From NCBI RefSeq assembly GCF_009914755.1, contig NC_060942.1: a stretch of 64,000 nt of DNA; one strand, 5' to 3'. The DNA is from the human T2T-CHM13v2.0 reference genome, Homo sapiens. A program made the translations under genes and the position numbers. Shown in pieces: positions 1 through 13,390 of the stretch. The notes beneath the pieces were generated by a model. That model made no database searches. It had not been told where the DNA came from and saw only the letters and a program-made list of their open reading frames with translations. The stretch's first letter is position 1. Every line of letters starts with the position of its first letter.

Positions 1-367
1 AAGTTCTGGGGTACATGTGCAGGATGTGCAGGTTTGTTACCTAGGTAAACATGTGCCATGGTGTTTTGCTGCACAGATCAACCCATCACATTGGTATTAA
101 GCTCTGCATCCATTAGCTGTTCTTACTGATGCTCTCCCTCCCCCGATCCTGGACAGGCCCCACTGTGTGCTGTTTCCCACCATATGTCCATAATGTGTTC
201 TCATCATTCAGCTCCCACTTATAAGTGAGAACATGCAGTGTTTGGTTTTCTGTTCCTGTGTTAGTTTGCTGAGGATGATGGCTTCCAGCTCCATCCATGT
301 CCCTGCAAAGGACATGACCTCATTCCTTTTTATGGCTGCATAGTATTCCATGGTATATATGTACCAC
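1..367 (-). mobile_element. L1PA-type LINE-1 3' UTR fragment, running off the window start
   Basis: Reverse-strand L1 3' end motifs: gggtacatgtgcaggatgtgcaggtttgttac, ataagtgagaacatgcagtgtttggttttctg, tatggctgcatagtattccatgg. Confidence 0.9.
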
Positions 368-1409
368 TCTAAATGTAAATATCATGGGAAGCAGCACTAT
401 GTCATCTTAAATGTGTAGTGATAAGTGGGAAAAAGTACACTATCTAGCACAGGAAGTGAACACATTACATCAGAGCCCATCTTGTCCATTTTAGTACAGA
501 GTTTCAAAGAATGCTAATCTGAGTTCATGACTGCCAATGAATCTGTCTCAGTAGAAGGCTTTATTTCTATGAGATGAATCCCATGCATGATCTATACCAT
601 GTGTCATGAAGCTTGGGTCCACCTTTTGAAATGGTGCATCGTGAATAGGAGCGATAGAAGGACGGGGGTTTGCTGACACCTGCCTCCACCTGGATTCATG
701 GTGGCAGACCATTTACAGTGAGAAACTTTCCTCTGTTATACTTCAGTATGTTTCCTTCTCTTTAACTTTAGTTTTTTTCCTTCCTGTTAAGGGAAGAAGG
801 ATTCTTTGCTGTTCCAAGAATAATTCCTTTTCCCACCCTTGATGTGATGAAGATGGCGATGATGATGATGATGGTGTTTTGTTTCTGTACAGTTTCTTTT
901 TATGTTACATAGATTTCATGTGGGGCACTCTATCTGGAAGCAGGTTCTTGGTCTCTCCTAAGAGTCTGCTGAGTGGTTTGGATGTGGCCAGTTTGTGTTC
1001 TGGCCGCTCTTCTGTTGCCTGAAGGTAGACCGAGGTCTGGACGTGGAGTGTAGTCAGTGGGTGCTGTGAGCAATCCTGTTTTGCAGATTTTGTCTCTATT
1101 TTTTTTTCTAATTCAATCCTTTTTCTAATTTTATTATATTTTTCCGAAGTGTGCTAACACCTTCCAGTCATACCTTCCTTCCCACCAGGACACTTGGCCC
1201 GAGGTGTTTGCCCCTCTCTGCTGTCCCCATTCCCCTTACTGCAGCCAGCGTCTCACCCCTCAGCCAGAAGAGGGCAAGTCAGAGCAGACACTGAAGCCTT
1301 TCCAAAAAATGGGTTTCTGTGAGCCTTATGTCCCACCTGGCTCTGCCTTCTATTTTGGTTGTCTTCTCTTTACCCCGTTGGTGAGGGAAAGCTCTCCACC
1401 CTTGGATTA

Positions 1410-1790
1410 TGAGAGTGGCTGAACACACAGCACCCAACACTGGTCACATGAAATCGACAGCAGTTTATTAGTCACGTTTCCTCACAGCTTGGGAGAGGAG
1501 GACACCGCATGCCACACAGGGCCACATGTAGGCTGCTCTTGGGAACAGGGTGAGCAAGTGGGGTCTGCAGGCTTTGTAGCATCAAGAGGGAAGGCTGTTC
1601 CCTGGCTCCCACAGGAGGAGGTGATTGGCTTTTGAGTGATTCCATAGGCTGGCAGGGAACTGAAATACTACTCAGAGATACACAAGAACTGTCCTCTGGA
1701 TAAGGAGGGTTGTTTGGCTGGGGGACCTTCTCTGCAGGAGTACGGCAGGGAGAACCTGCTATTAGGCCACCTGATTTCACCAGATTTCCA
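1410..1790. mobile_element. Probable old ERV LTR fragment, family uncertain
   Basis: cagcagtttattagtcac...cacagcttgggagaggaggacacc...gtgattggct resembles an antisense LTR (poly(A) signal and CCAAT on the - strand); recall only. Confidence 0.4.
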
Positions 1791-2175
1791 GGCAGCTTAT
1801 CTTATGGAGCCCTAATTTCAATCTCACACCATACGCACACCCCCACCCCTAACAAGGGACTCTCATTATTCTGGGCTTATTTTATTTATTTTCTCTTGTA
1901 CCTTTTTATCCTTACGTTCCATATTTTGCCTTCTTCCAAACTAGAGGAAAAATATATGGTGAGTTTTCACAGAACTTCTTCTCTCTCAGTATATTAGAGA
2001 GGGACTTCTATTTTAGACTGGTATGTTGCATCCTCTGTGAGTAGATTTTTAAATTGGACTGCAGATGTTGCATCAGGCAAGCAGAGGCCAATAAGGTCTG
2101 AAAAATATGTTTCTTACCTTTTTCGAATCTAACCATACGAAGCAGAAGATAACAATGTAGATAATCACGAAAGGA

Positions 2176-2218
2176 TGAGAGAGAGAGAGAGTGGGGGTGT
2201 GTGTGTGTGTGTGTGTGT
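2176..2218. repeat. Compound (GA)n/(GT)n microsatellite
   Basis: gagagagagagaga gtggggg tgtgtgtgtgtgtgtgtgtgtg read directly. Confidence 0.95.
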
Positions 2219-2314
2219 AGGTTAGACAAGTGGTAATCTTCAAACACTTATATATGGTATTGTAAAATATATTAGCTTAAATATCAAAAATACATAATCT
2301 GGTTTGCCCATGGG

Positions 2315-2841
2315 TGAGGGATTCCCGAGACCATGCCCAGGTTCAGTGGTTTAGAAGGACTCACAGGATGCAGCAAATAGTCCTACCCATGGCTGGAATT
2401 GTTACTGCAAAGGGATACAGAGCAAAATCTGCAAAGGGAAAGGTGCATGGAGCGAAGTCCAGGGAATCTACGCAAGCTTCCGAGAGTCCTCTCTCTGGGA
2501 GGTAATGTAGGACAAGATTAATTCCTCCAGCAACAAACTGTTTCTACCAGGAAAGTTCATTTAAGCCAAGGAGCCCCAGGTTTTTATTGGGGGTTGATCA
2601 TGTAGGCACCCTCTACCTAGTATGCCACAAAATTCCAGACTCCCAGAAGGAACGCAGGTGTTCAGTATAAGTCATATTGTTTGCACAAAGAGTTTAGGAT
2701 CCATGAGCCAGTCATAACATTGAGGAAATAGTGGGAACCTCCTGAAACTCAGATTCTCAGTTGCCAGCCCAGGGGCCTGCCTTGCAAAACAGGCCTTCCT
2801 GGGGAGAGTATGTCAGCCCTGCTATGGTACTCTTTTCTGCA
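2315..2841 (-). mobile_element. MER21-family LTR
   Basis: Matches recalled MER21 consensus: ggactcacagga, gcaaagggaaaggtgcatgg, aaattccagactcccagaagg, ctcttttctgca. Confidence 0.8.
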
Positions 2842-3533
2842 GAGCTCTCAATATAATATATTTCTAGGTGTATGGGGAGTAAAACTTCCCTCATTTTGCC
2901 TTTATCTTCTCTTCTTCCCTTAAAAAGTGATGATCAGGGTCAGGTTTATAGGGTAATCACCATGAAACAATTGTAGGTATTTAGTGAACACTCACTAAGT
3001 GCCTAGCACTCTGGACAACAGCAGTAAAGTAAGGAGACATGGCCCCTGCATACAGGATTTTTATATATTAGCTTAAAAGTGAATTTAAAATGCAAACAAA
3101 AGCAATGGTGATGGTTAGAAGGTGAAACATGGTAATTCACAGTTATCAGGTAAGGTAACAGTTGGCCTTTGAGTGGAATGTTTATGAAATGATTTTACAT
3201 CGGCCAAAGGGGAACATTAACTCATCTTGCGTTTGTCTCCCCTTGGCTGCCACCCACCCCAAACCAGCTAAGCTATGCCAACCCATTGGCTGTCACTTTG
3301 GGGTAAGTAAAGCAGTTCTGTCTTGAGCTCCATGTGAAAGAGTGAATAATCAAAGTACCAGAAGGATCTCAGGCATCCTCAGGACATGCAAACAGAAGCA
3401 TAATCACAGCAAGTCTCCTCTGTCCCTTCTGTTTCCCAGTCTCCCCATGGGCAAAATATTCTCTCACTTGGCTTTCACTATGCCTTTCATTTCAAATCAT
3501 TGAAGGTCATACCACCTTTTAAAGGCTGATCAG

Positions 3534-3841
3534 GGCCAGGTGTGGCAGCTTACACCTGTAATTCTAGCACTTTTGGAGGCCAAGGCAGGAGGATCTCTTG
3601 AGCCCAGGAGTTTGAAACCAGCCTGGGTGAAAAAGCGAGAACCTGTCTCTAGAAAAAAAAAAAAATTAAAAAAATTAGCCAGATGCAATGGCATGTTCCT
3701 GTAGTCCCAGCTATTTGGGAGGCTGACACGGGAGGATCCCTTGAGCCCAGGTGTTCAAGGTTGCAGTGAGCTGTGATCTCACTGTTAAACTCCAGACTGG
3801 GTGACAAGACCTTGTCTCAAAAAAAAAAAAAAAAAAAAAAA
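3534..3841 (+). mobile_element. Alu, AluJ-like
   Basis: ggccaggtgtgg...cttgagcccaggagtttg in both arms, A-rich linker and poly(A) tail. Confidence 0.95.
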
Positions 3842-4954
3842 GTTAACCGGGGTAAGCGTGGTGCCAAACACATGAAGAAACTTCTCACTGAGATAGAAGA
3901 GAACACTGAAGTTATTCTAGCCATACCTGTGAGCTGCTGGGCAGTTTATGGAATGAGGTGGCAGGCACTGTCCTGTCCTGCAGAAGGATGATGAAGGAGA
4001 GTATAATGAAATGACTACGTAGAACAGTAAAAATACCAACTTACATAATCACATATATTACAGAATGTTACATCTTCTTAGCAGATTGTGCCTTTTACTC
4101 TTTGAGCAAATCTGGCAAGAAATGTCTCTGGATACTAAATTTTTATAATCCAAAAAACTTAAATCCTAAATTGGTGAGTATCAAGATGCTAGGCCCTAAA
4201 TCGGTTTCCTACAGTAATGTATAGCTATTGGCCCATCTGCTTTTTCATACTGTGTTATTGTTGAGAAGTCTGATGCCTCCCTAAAACTTATTCCTTTATT
4301 TATATCCTGCTTTCATTTTTATATTTCTGGAAACCTTGTAGGTGTATTTTTATTGTTGGAGAACTGAATATCATTAGGATATGAAATCTTTTTTTTTCCA
4401 TCATCATCAGCACTCAGCTTTTTGTTTCTGATAACTCTTGCTTTCCTTTGAATTCTGAACAGTCTCTTCCAAGTATTTCTGTAATTATTTCTTTCTCTCC
4501 ACTTTTTCTATTCTTCCTTTCACTGCTTGGATTAAACTCACATATCTTAAATTGTCACTTATTTTCCGTATATTTTTTCTATTTGTATGCTAGTAGATTT
4601 TGCCTGCATTATTCTTGTAGAGACTTAATTTTAATGTTTATCATGCGTAATTATAACTTGGCCCCTGTTGCATTTATAATTCAACAATCATACTGTTAAT
4701 TCACAAGAATGCCTCTTTTTTCACTGATTTCCCCTTTATTGTTATACTTAGTTCCTGACTTCTTGTTACAACCGCCTCTCAGATCTCTCTAAAATTATTA
4801 AATAATTATAAATGTTCTTCTCTTTCCTCAATTATCTGCTTTTTGTAGAATGTTTATCACTGTACTTCTTTTTCATGATGTTGGTTTTCTCTTGATACTG
4901 GTTTACAAACCATTGCAAAATACAATCACAAAGTCTGGCTTTAAAATAGCATGG

Positions 4955-5381
4955 TTTTGTCAGTTAGATCAGACTTAGACAATTAGAGGTTTACTTTTCT
5001 TACAAAACAAGAGGCTTAAGGAGAAAGGCAAAGGCTGGTATGGCTGCCCTGGCAGTGATCTATCAATTTTTTCTTCTTTCCATTCTGCCACCCTTAGTGT
5101 ATGGGCCAATTGTTAATACCTACAGGATGTCTGGACATCACATGCACCATGTCCATGCTTCTGAAAGACGCTGACTTCATCCACTTTCACAAGAAAACAT
5201 TAGCTTTCCCAGACACTCCACCAAGTAGAATTACATTCATATCTTACTGGATGGAACCATCACATGATCACACTCAGTCTTTTTAGTTAGAACATACCAT
5301 CTTGGAGCAAAATCATGATATTCATAAGTTAGGAAAGAAAAGAAAGTGGGTTTTGGCAGGAAGCTAGCAGAGTTTGCTTCT
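4955..5381 (-). mobile_element. LTR33-like ERVL LTR, degraded
   Basis: ggctggtatggctg, ctgccacccttagtgt, ctttcccagacactcc, ggcaggaagctagcagagtttgcttc resemble the reverse of the recalled LTR33 consensus. Confidence 0.55.
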
Positions 5382-5400
5382 GAGACGAATTCTGTTACAG

Positions 5401-5442
5401 TACATGGCATTTATGAGGATCAATGTAATTATGAATGAATTG
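5401..5442 (+). CDS. ARHGAP28: Candidate alternative (first or cassette) exon, YMAFMRINVIMNEL
   Basis: ttctgttacag acceptor and TTG|gtaagt donor; 42 nt, stop-free, phase 0-0, in frame with exon 5600. Confidence 0.55.
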
Positions 5443-5599
5443 GTAAGTGCTGTTATCAATGCCCAGGTAGTCATTAATTGTATATATCTCCAGGCAGCTG
5501 TACATATATATAAAAACTCTAGTGTAATGCATGTGTGAATACGCAGTCATATTTGGAAAGATATGCCTGGATAAACGTGGCTTTCATTTCTTCCGTTAG

Positions 5600-5692
5600 C
5601 CTCGTGATACCTGTGGCAACCACACTAATCAGCTGGATGGCACCAAGGAAGAAAGAGAGCTTCCAAGAGTTATCAAGACAAGTGGTTCCATG
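5600..5692 (+). CDS. ARHGAP28: ARHGAP28 exon, PRDTCGNHTNQLDGTKEERELPRVIKTSGSM
   Basis: ttcttccgttag acceptor, ATG|gtaagt donor, 93 nt phase 0-0; peptide recognised. Confidence 0.93.
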
Positions 5693-5889
5693 GTAAGTTA
5701 TAGTTGTGGGGGGATGGTGGTAGGCATGAAATAAGCCATTTCTTCAAGATGGTTGAGCAAAACTTGAAAAAAGTGCAACATAATTAAGATGGCTGGACAA
5801 CCACAGATTTCAACACACTTATCTACCTTAGGTGATTTTTAAGGAAAATATTCAGCAGTAAATGAGCTCAAGTTGAGTAGTTAAGCTCG

Positions 5890-6656
5890 TGAAAATGTGC
5901 TCAGCATTATTAATGATTATGGAAATGCGAAGAAAGCCACAATAAGATATTTCTAGATACCCTATAGAATGGCTAAACTTAAAAAGACTGACAATACCAA
6001 GCAGTGCCAAAGATTCAGAGCAATTAGAACTTTCATATATTGTTGTTAAGAATGTAAAATGTTTTATCCACTTGGCAGCATCTTAAAATATTAAGGATAT
6101 ACCTACTATAAGACCCAACCGTTCTACTCATAAGTAATATATATACACACAGACACTTATCCACAATGTTTATAGCAGCTTTATTTGTAATAGCCCCCAA
6201 ACTGAAAATATCCAGATGGCCATTTGCAGGTAAATGGATAAAAAAAATTGTGGTATATCCACAAAATGGAATATTACTCAGCAATAAAAAGCAACAAACT
6301 GTTGATACGCACAACACAGATGGATCTCAAAATAATTATACTGTGTGAAAGAAGCCAGACCCAAAAATATTTGATTCACACAAAATGATAGAAAATGTAA
6401 ACTAACCTATAGTGGGGGAAAGATAATCATTGATTGGCTCCTGGGGACAGGAGGGAGGGTGAGGAGGGGAGAGAACGAGAGATTCAAAGGAGGCATGAGT
6501 CCATTTTGGGGGGTGCTTGTTTTGTTCATTATCTTGACTGTGGTGATGGTTTCATAGGTCTATATAGTTGTTAAAACTCATCAAATTGTATGTTACTTAT
6601 ACTTTATGTACAGTTAATTGCATATATGGTATATCTCAATAATCCTGTTTTTAAAA
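5890..6656 (+). mobile_element. Old L1M (L1ME/MB-type) ORF2 end and 3' UTR
   Basis: agaatggctaaacttaaaaagactgacaatacc, tttatagcagctttatttgtaatagcccc, tatatctcaataa. Confidence 0.85.
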
Positions 6657-7049
6657 GTCCATTGAACGTCTTATAATCTCATTAATAGACAACATATTTA
6701 TTTTTCACTAAGCTACTTACAATAAACAGTCTATTTGTGTGTTACATATGAATGACCTTTGACTCTAATCACACACACCACTAAACCCAAGCACTTACAA
6801 AATGTTTACAGTCCAATCTACAGTAATCAGAAACCTACCTTACAAATCAATTCCTATATAGATAAAAGAAGACTTCTTCCTTATGTGCAGTCAACATAAA
6901 TGAAATAATCTGTCAAGGTGTTGGTTTATTGAAAATGTAAAATAATCCTTCTAGTTTATTTTCAGTGTCTTAAATGATAACCAAATAGCTATACTTGCTT
7001 GCTATTGATTCATAATTTACTGCAAAATACAATCATACCATTAGTTAAA

Positions 7050-7310
7050 AATTATCAGTTATATCTGTTTGCTTCATATAAAAGAAAATCTAAGGAACTT
7101 AATTTTAAGCAAGTAGTGTTTTCTTTTTTAAATCACAAAACTAAGAAATTAATGGGGAGTTTACCAAGGCTTGTACAACTGCAAAACAATGTACTAATAG
7201 CCTTAGCATGGACTAACAACTTTTTCCTTTCGTGTTGCCGCCTTAGCACGTGGACCTAATCCTTATTCTTACAGGATGGCTAGGAGGCTCCGATACCTTC
7301 TTCATACCCG
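7050..7310 (-). mobile_element. LTR33-like fragment, interrupted at 7315 and apparently resuming at about 8681-8750
   Basis: gccgccttagcacgtgg...caggatggct resembles the 4955-5381 element. Confidence 0.4.
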
Positions 7311-7729
7311 TTAGTGTCACTAAACCAAACTGGGTCGGTTTGCCCATGCAAAATGGAAAGAACACTGAAGCACCAAGTTTTGCAGCAAGAAAGGTTTATT
7401 TCAACTCAAATGGCAAGGAGACAGGAGGAAATGCTCAAATCTGTCTCACTGAGCTGGGGCTTGGAGCAAGTTTTATAGTCAGAGGGTAATGAGGTGTGAT
7501 CTGATTGGATCTTGCAATAAGGTGATGCCAGGAGGCCTGCTCTGACTGGATCCTGCCATGGGGTGATGCCAGGGCTCAATCTGATTAGATCCTAGATCCT
7601 GCCATATGGTGTCTGCCTCTTACTTCAGTCCCTGTTCCTCATTCTGAGCACTTAGGTTCCACCCATGGTTGCATGCCTGGTTCATCTGGCATGCTCAGGT
7701 TGTGTGACCTTCAACCTGGGGGTCCATGG

Positions 7730-8605
<876 letters not shown>

Positions 8606-9144
8606 ATGGCAACTAAAAAACAGCTCACCACTTAGTTACATGAAAGTTGAACCAGATTGGTCTCGGGGGGGTTATATTAGGAACATATGACAACTGACTG
8701 TCCATTTTTAACAGGAAACCTTCGATCTCCTGGAAAACTTATATAGTAGAATTTCTCTCTCTCTCTCTTTTTTGACAAACTGTTACACCCTTAGCGTGAC
8801 CGTATGTTTTTTCTATTCTTATTTTAGTTGCCTGGACCTCATTCCTTTATAAATAAACTTCTCTAGGTTTTTGTGTTTGTTCTCTCTGCAACTTTTTAAA
8901 TTTTATAAGTTTTGAATTTATTTTGAACTTATTGCTGGAATTCTTAACTTTCACAAAGATCTTCTTTTTATCTTTTTCATCCTGGTCAGCACGTAGTGGG
9001 TCTTTTCTGTCTAAGAATAATTTTCTTTCTTCAGTTGCTGGATATTTTCTTCTATTATGTCTTAAATTCTTTTTCTCCCCATTCCCACCTTTCAAGAGCA
9101 CATATTGGATGCTTTGCTTCAATTGAATAGCTCCTAAATTTTAT

Positions 9145-10719
9145 TGAAGGCAGGCCCCTCTGGAGCTGCCTCTGTGAAGACGCCGGCTACAGCAAGGGAG
9201 GTGCAGCCAGAGTTGTGCCTTCCATGGGGCCAGCAGGAGCCAGGAACAGGTGGGAGCCCTGCCCCCTGCTGAGTTGGCAGGGTGGGAGTCCTGTGCTCCC
9301 AGGCACAGCTGCAGCTGCCCACCTGCAGCTGCCCACCTGCAGCTCTGGACCCGGGCATCTCTGTACTCTTGGTGGCCTGGGAAACCCCTCCTCCCATAGG
9401 CTTGGAAGTGCCTGCTCATGCTCCCTGGCCTCTCCCCGCTCCTGGCTCCCACTCCAGTGTGGAGCAAAGTTGTGGCCCAGCCCGGGCGCTGTTGCAACCC
9501 CCCACGGTGTGCACATGCTCAGGGTGGTGCTTACATTCCAGTCCCCTGCCCCCTTGGCCCCCCTCAGAACTTTGGGCACCAACCAGCATGGGAGGGAGGC
9601 CGAGGTGGGTGCTGAGGGCAGCTCGGCACAGGCCTGCAGGTGCCCCTCAGCAGGAACAGCCTGGGCACTGCGGATGGCATGTTGAAGGTGGGAGGCAGAC
9701 AGGTTGCTGGGCAGAAAGGGGCAGGTACCTGGTGAAACCTCACCTTCAAGCCAGGAACAGCCTGAAGCCTGGAGGATGGGCTGCCAGTTCTGGGTGAAGT
9801 CTGCTGACCAGAGTGAGGACTCCATTGATGACCATTCAGTCAATTGGATGGTGCTTTTTCCAGGCCCGCCCATGGCCGCTCATGGACCAATCAGCATGCA
9901 CTTCCTCCCTTCTGAGCCCATAAAAACCCCTGGATTCAGCCAGTCACACAGACATCAGGGACTACCAATTGTGGGAAAGGGCTACCCATTTCAGGTCTCT
10001 TCAGGATGACCTGTTTGCCGAAAGGAGCTACCCACCAGGGGTCTCCTAAGAGCTGTTCTGTCACTCAGTGAAGCTCCTCTCTGTCTTGCTCACCCTCCCA
10101 TTGTCCGTGTACCTCATTTTTCCTGGACCTGGGACTAGAACTTTGGACCCGCCAAATGGTGGGACTGAAAGAGCTGTAACATAAACAGGGCTGAAACACG
10201 CTTCCCACTTGCCACATTGTGGGCAACTAGAAGGAGAGAAGAGCTGTGTCCCTTTGGGGAGCCCAGACCTAGGGGCTCTCTGAGCCAGGGCTGTGACACC
10301 CTCTTTGGAGCTCTGCAGTTCCGGGGATCTCCAGGCTTCTAGGCACCACCGCATTCCCTGGTGCCCACAGTGGAAGCCACCTGTGGTACACCTGGTCCAG
10401 CCGTAGCCTTGTACAGAGCCAGTGCCTGTACTGGCACTTGGAGCTGCCTGCCCCACTGCAGCTGACGTGCCTGGCTCTGTGCTGTGGCTGGACCCTGCGC
10501 TTGCTCACACACCCCTTGCCACTCCGCACCTAGCTTGCCCTTGGCAGGCGTGGGATCTGGGCCAGTAGCACAAGCCGAGTGCAGCCTGCTGGGCCAAGTG
10601 GGCGGAATGAACCCAGTGGGCGGAATGAACCCAGTGGGCCCGAGCAAAACTCAGACAAAGGCACCACCTGTCAAAGAGGCTTCCGGCTAGAAAAGCGACA
10701 CCCTAAGGATTCTGTGAAA
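9145..10719 (+). mobile_element. MER52-family (ERV1) solo LTR, about 1.6 kb and GC-rich
   Basis: Matches recalled MER52: acgccggctacagcaagggagg, ggaccaatcagcatgcacttcctcccttctgagcccataaaaaccc, aaaagcgacaccctaaggattctgtga. Confidence 0.85.
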
Positions 10720-10994
10720 TTAGCTCATATTAGTCTGTTTGCTCTGTTTTCTAGTTTTCTTCAACTTTATGCTCCAGATTTGAACATTTTTTCTTGGTCA
10801 TTATTGTATTTTTATTTAGCTTGTCTCACTCTTTTTATAATTTTTGGCAAACAAATTATTTCCCAAAGCAGTTTTTTAATCTCTAATATACCCATTATTA
10901 TAGCAATATAATCTCAATTCAAAGCAGCAATGGCCCTTTTCAGTTTCTCAGAAGGTAAGAATTACATTTTTTTAGGGAATCAAATAATTTTTAT

Positions 10995-11625
10995 GTTTTC
11001 TTAAATTGAAGTATAACTTACAAACTGTAAGTGTCTACATTTTAGATGTATAATTCAATAATTTGGGTTGTGTTTTTGTTTTTTTGTGTTTTAGAGACAG
11101 GGTCTCACTCTGTTGTCCAGCCTGGAGAGCACTGGCACAATCATAGCTCACTGCAGCCTCAAACTCCTGGGCTCCAATGATCCTCCCTCCTCAGCCTCTC
11201 AAGTAGCTGGGACTACAGGTGTGCATCACCACACCCAGCTTCAGTTAATTTTAACAAACGTTATCACCCATGTAATTACAGTTAATCAAAATATAGAACA
11301 TCTCCATCACCCAGAAATTTTTCCTGGGCCCTGTCAGTCAGCAGGCCCCCCATCCTGGAGAAGCAAGCCCAGCCGTGATTTCTAACACCTTAGCTTGGTT
11401 TCCCATTTCATATAAGTCTAATTATAGTATGTTCTTTTATGTCTGGCTTCTTTAATTTATAATAATTTTGAGATTCATCCATTTGTTGTATGTTTTAAAA
11501 ATTTAGTCCATTACTAAATAATATTGCATTGTATAAATATACCACTATTGATGTTCACCTGATGATGGACATTTGGATTGTTTACAGTTTGGAGTTATTA
11601 CAAATAATGCTGCCCAGAACATTTA
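10995..11625 (-). mobile_element. Old L1ME 3' fragment containing an Alu monomer
   Basis: aattgaagtataacttaca, gagattcatccat, gatggacatttggattgtttacagtttgg. Confidence 0.75.
11075..11240 (-). mobile_element. Alu monomer (FLAM/AluJ-type)
   Basis: gagacagggtctcactctgttg...atcatagctcactgcagcctcaaactcctgggctc. Confidence 0.9.
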
Positions 11626-12076
11626 TGAGTACAAATGTAGAATAAAGTATATAAATTGTCATTTCCCTTAGGTAAAGATGCTACATAATTCAGATTGTGA
11701 GCAAACACAGCCACATCTCCCCATCACCCATAGCTGTTAAACTTAGTAAGGAATAATTTAATAGGTAAATCTAAAATAACTAAATTCTATCATTAAAAAA
11801 GATCTGCAGGCAGAAACAACAACAAAAAATCATTTTCTGTTGCATATCCTGTGTGGAGGATGTTGTCAACGAAAGCTGGGTCTTCATGGGCTCACACAGA
11901 AAAAATAACAGACTCCTGTATAAATATTTTTTTCAGTATCAACATAGATATAAACGTTTAGTTTTTTCCAGTGATTTTGGAAATGTAAACATCGCGTGTG
12001 GAGAACGCGTTAGCTTTTGGAATGTGTGGCAATCTGTGATGCGCACAGTGAAGTGAGTACCATGTGGTCAGGGAAC

Positions 12077-12101
12077 TGCACGCCTCCCGCTGGGTGGCAG
12101 C
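12077..12101 (+). promoter_or_regulatory. Candidate CTCF site, forward orientation
   Basis: CCGCTGGGTGGCAG (12087-12100) fits the CTCF core; TGCA lies just upstream; non-repeat context with retained CpGs. Confidence 0.5.
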
Positions 12102-13113
12102 GAGTGTTTTCAGGTTTTAGGTTGTGCCTCCAGTGGAGGGAGAGCTTCTGACCATGACTATCAATCTGAGGTGTTTCATCTTGTCCTCCTCCCCAGCCCC
12201 TCCCCCAGTCCCGTCTATCAGAATCTTTTACAGCAGGAGGATGATAGGATTCACCCTACGCCTTCACCTAAGGACACAGTGTGTGAAAGGTGTTCTGCAA
12301 GGCAGAAGCTGTCGGTACATTGCAGATAGAAGGAATTACAGCTCACCGGGCCTCTAAAGTTTTCTGCAGAGGCATAGAGCTGGACTTTATTGATTTTCCG
12401 ATTGTATAGGAAATTATTGTATGTTTCCTTTGCAGTTGAGTAGATCTATTTTCCAGAAAGGCCAAAATTGTTGATTGTGTGTTTGTGTGAGTAGGGGGTG
12501 CTTAATAATGTGTGTAAAGGGGATAGGTTGGTTAGGATGCAGGCTCCTCAAATGCAAAACCAAACTAATGAGGGAGATAAAAGCTGATTTCATTTCTTGT
12601 TCTCCCCTCCATGTCTTTTGTTGTGGCATCTGGAGTTCCTTCTCTCTTAGACTTCTGTACTCAAACTAGGAATTCATTCATCCCCAAGGCAACAATTTCA
12701 TTTAATTTAGATCGCTTTTTTTTTGGTGTTTTTTCCTTGGGTTATATTTAGTTGCTGTCTACATATTTACGGCAAGAGAGGTCTGCCTGGCTCCTATTTT
12801 TCTAAACATGTCTTAATTATTTGTCTGCGGCCCTTTCTTATTCTTTGTTCATTCTACATTATTTGTTTTTCTCTTCCCTTCCTAGAAATTTTATTTTATG
12901 TTACATTTAGGAAGAGATTTTTATCTTATCAAACCAATCCCATTTGCTTTACACCTACAAATTTCTCATTTGGCCTGCTATGGAATTCTTCGTTGGTTTC
13001 CAGTGCTATTCAAAACCTTTTCTTCTAAGAAATATATATTTTTCTGCCATTTGTAGTTATTTGGGTGGCAGGGGAGGTAGATTGTCAGTTCACCATCTTG
13101 ACTTAAATTTCTT

Positions 13114-13390
13114 TCTTTTTTTTTTTGAGACAGAGTTTTGCTCTTGTCGCCCAGTTTGGAGCGCAATGGCACAATCTTGGCTCACTGCAACCTCTGCCTC
13201 CCAGGTTCAAGCAATTCTCCTGCCTCAGCTTCCCAACAGGCATGCACCACCACACCCGGCTAATTTTTGTATTTTCAGTAGAGATGGGGTTTCCCTATGT
13301 TGGCCAGGCTGGTCTGGAACTCCTGACCTCAGGTGATTCTCCTGCCTCCCAAAGTGCTGGGATTACAGGCGTGAGCCACCATGCCCAGCT
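13114..13390 (-). mobile_element. AluS with small internal deletions
   Basis: Reverse Alu; 14-bp TSD gacttaaatttctt at 13100-13113 and 13391-13404. Confidence 0.95.

Noticed and set aside
6740-6900. A/C-rich stretch superficially like a mitochondrial insertion
   Set aside because: No recognisable mitochondrial gene or tRNA sequence; BLASTN against mtDNA would settle it
9134-10911. Cluster of long overlapping ORFs (up to 228 aa) on both strands
   Set aside because: They lie in the GC-rich MER52 LTR where stop codons are scarce; no gag/pol/env or other domain motifs
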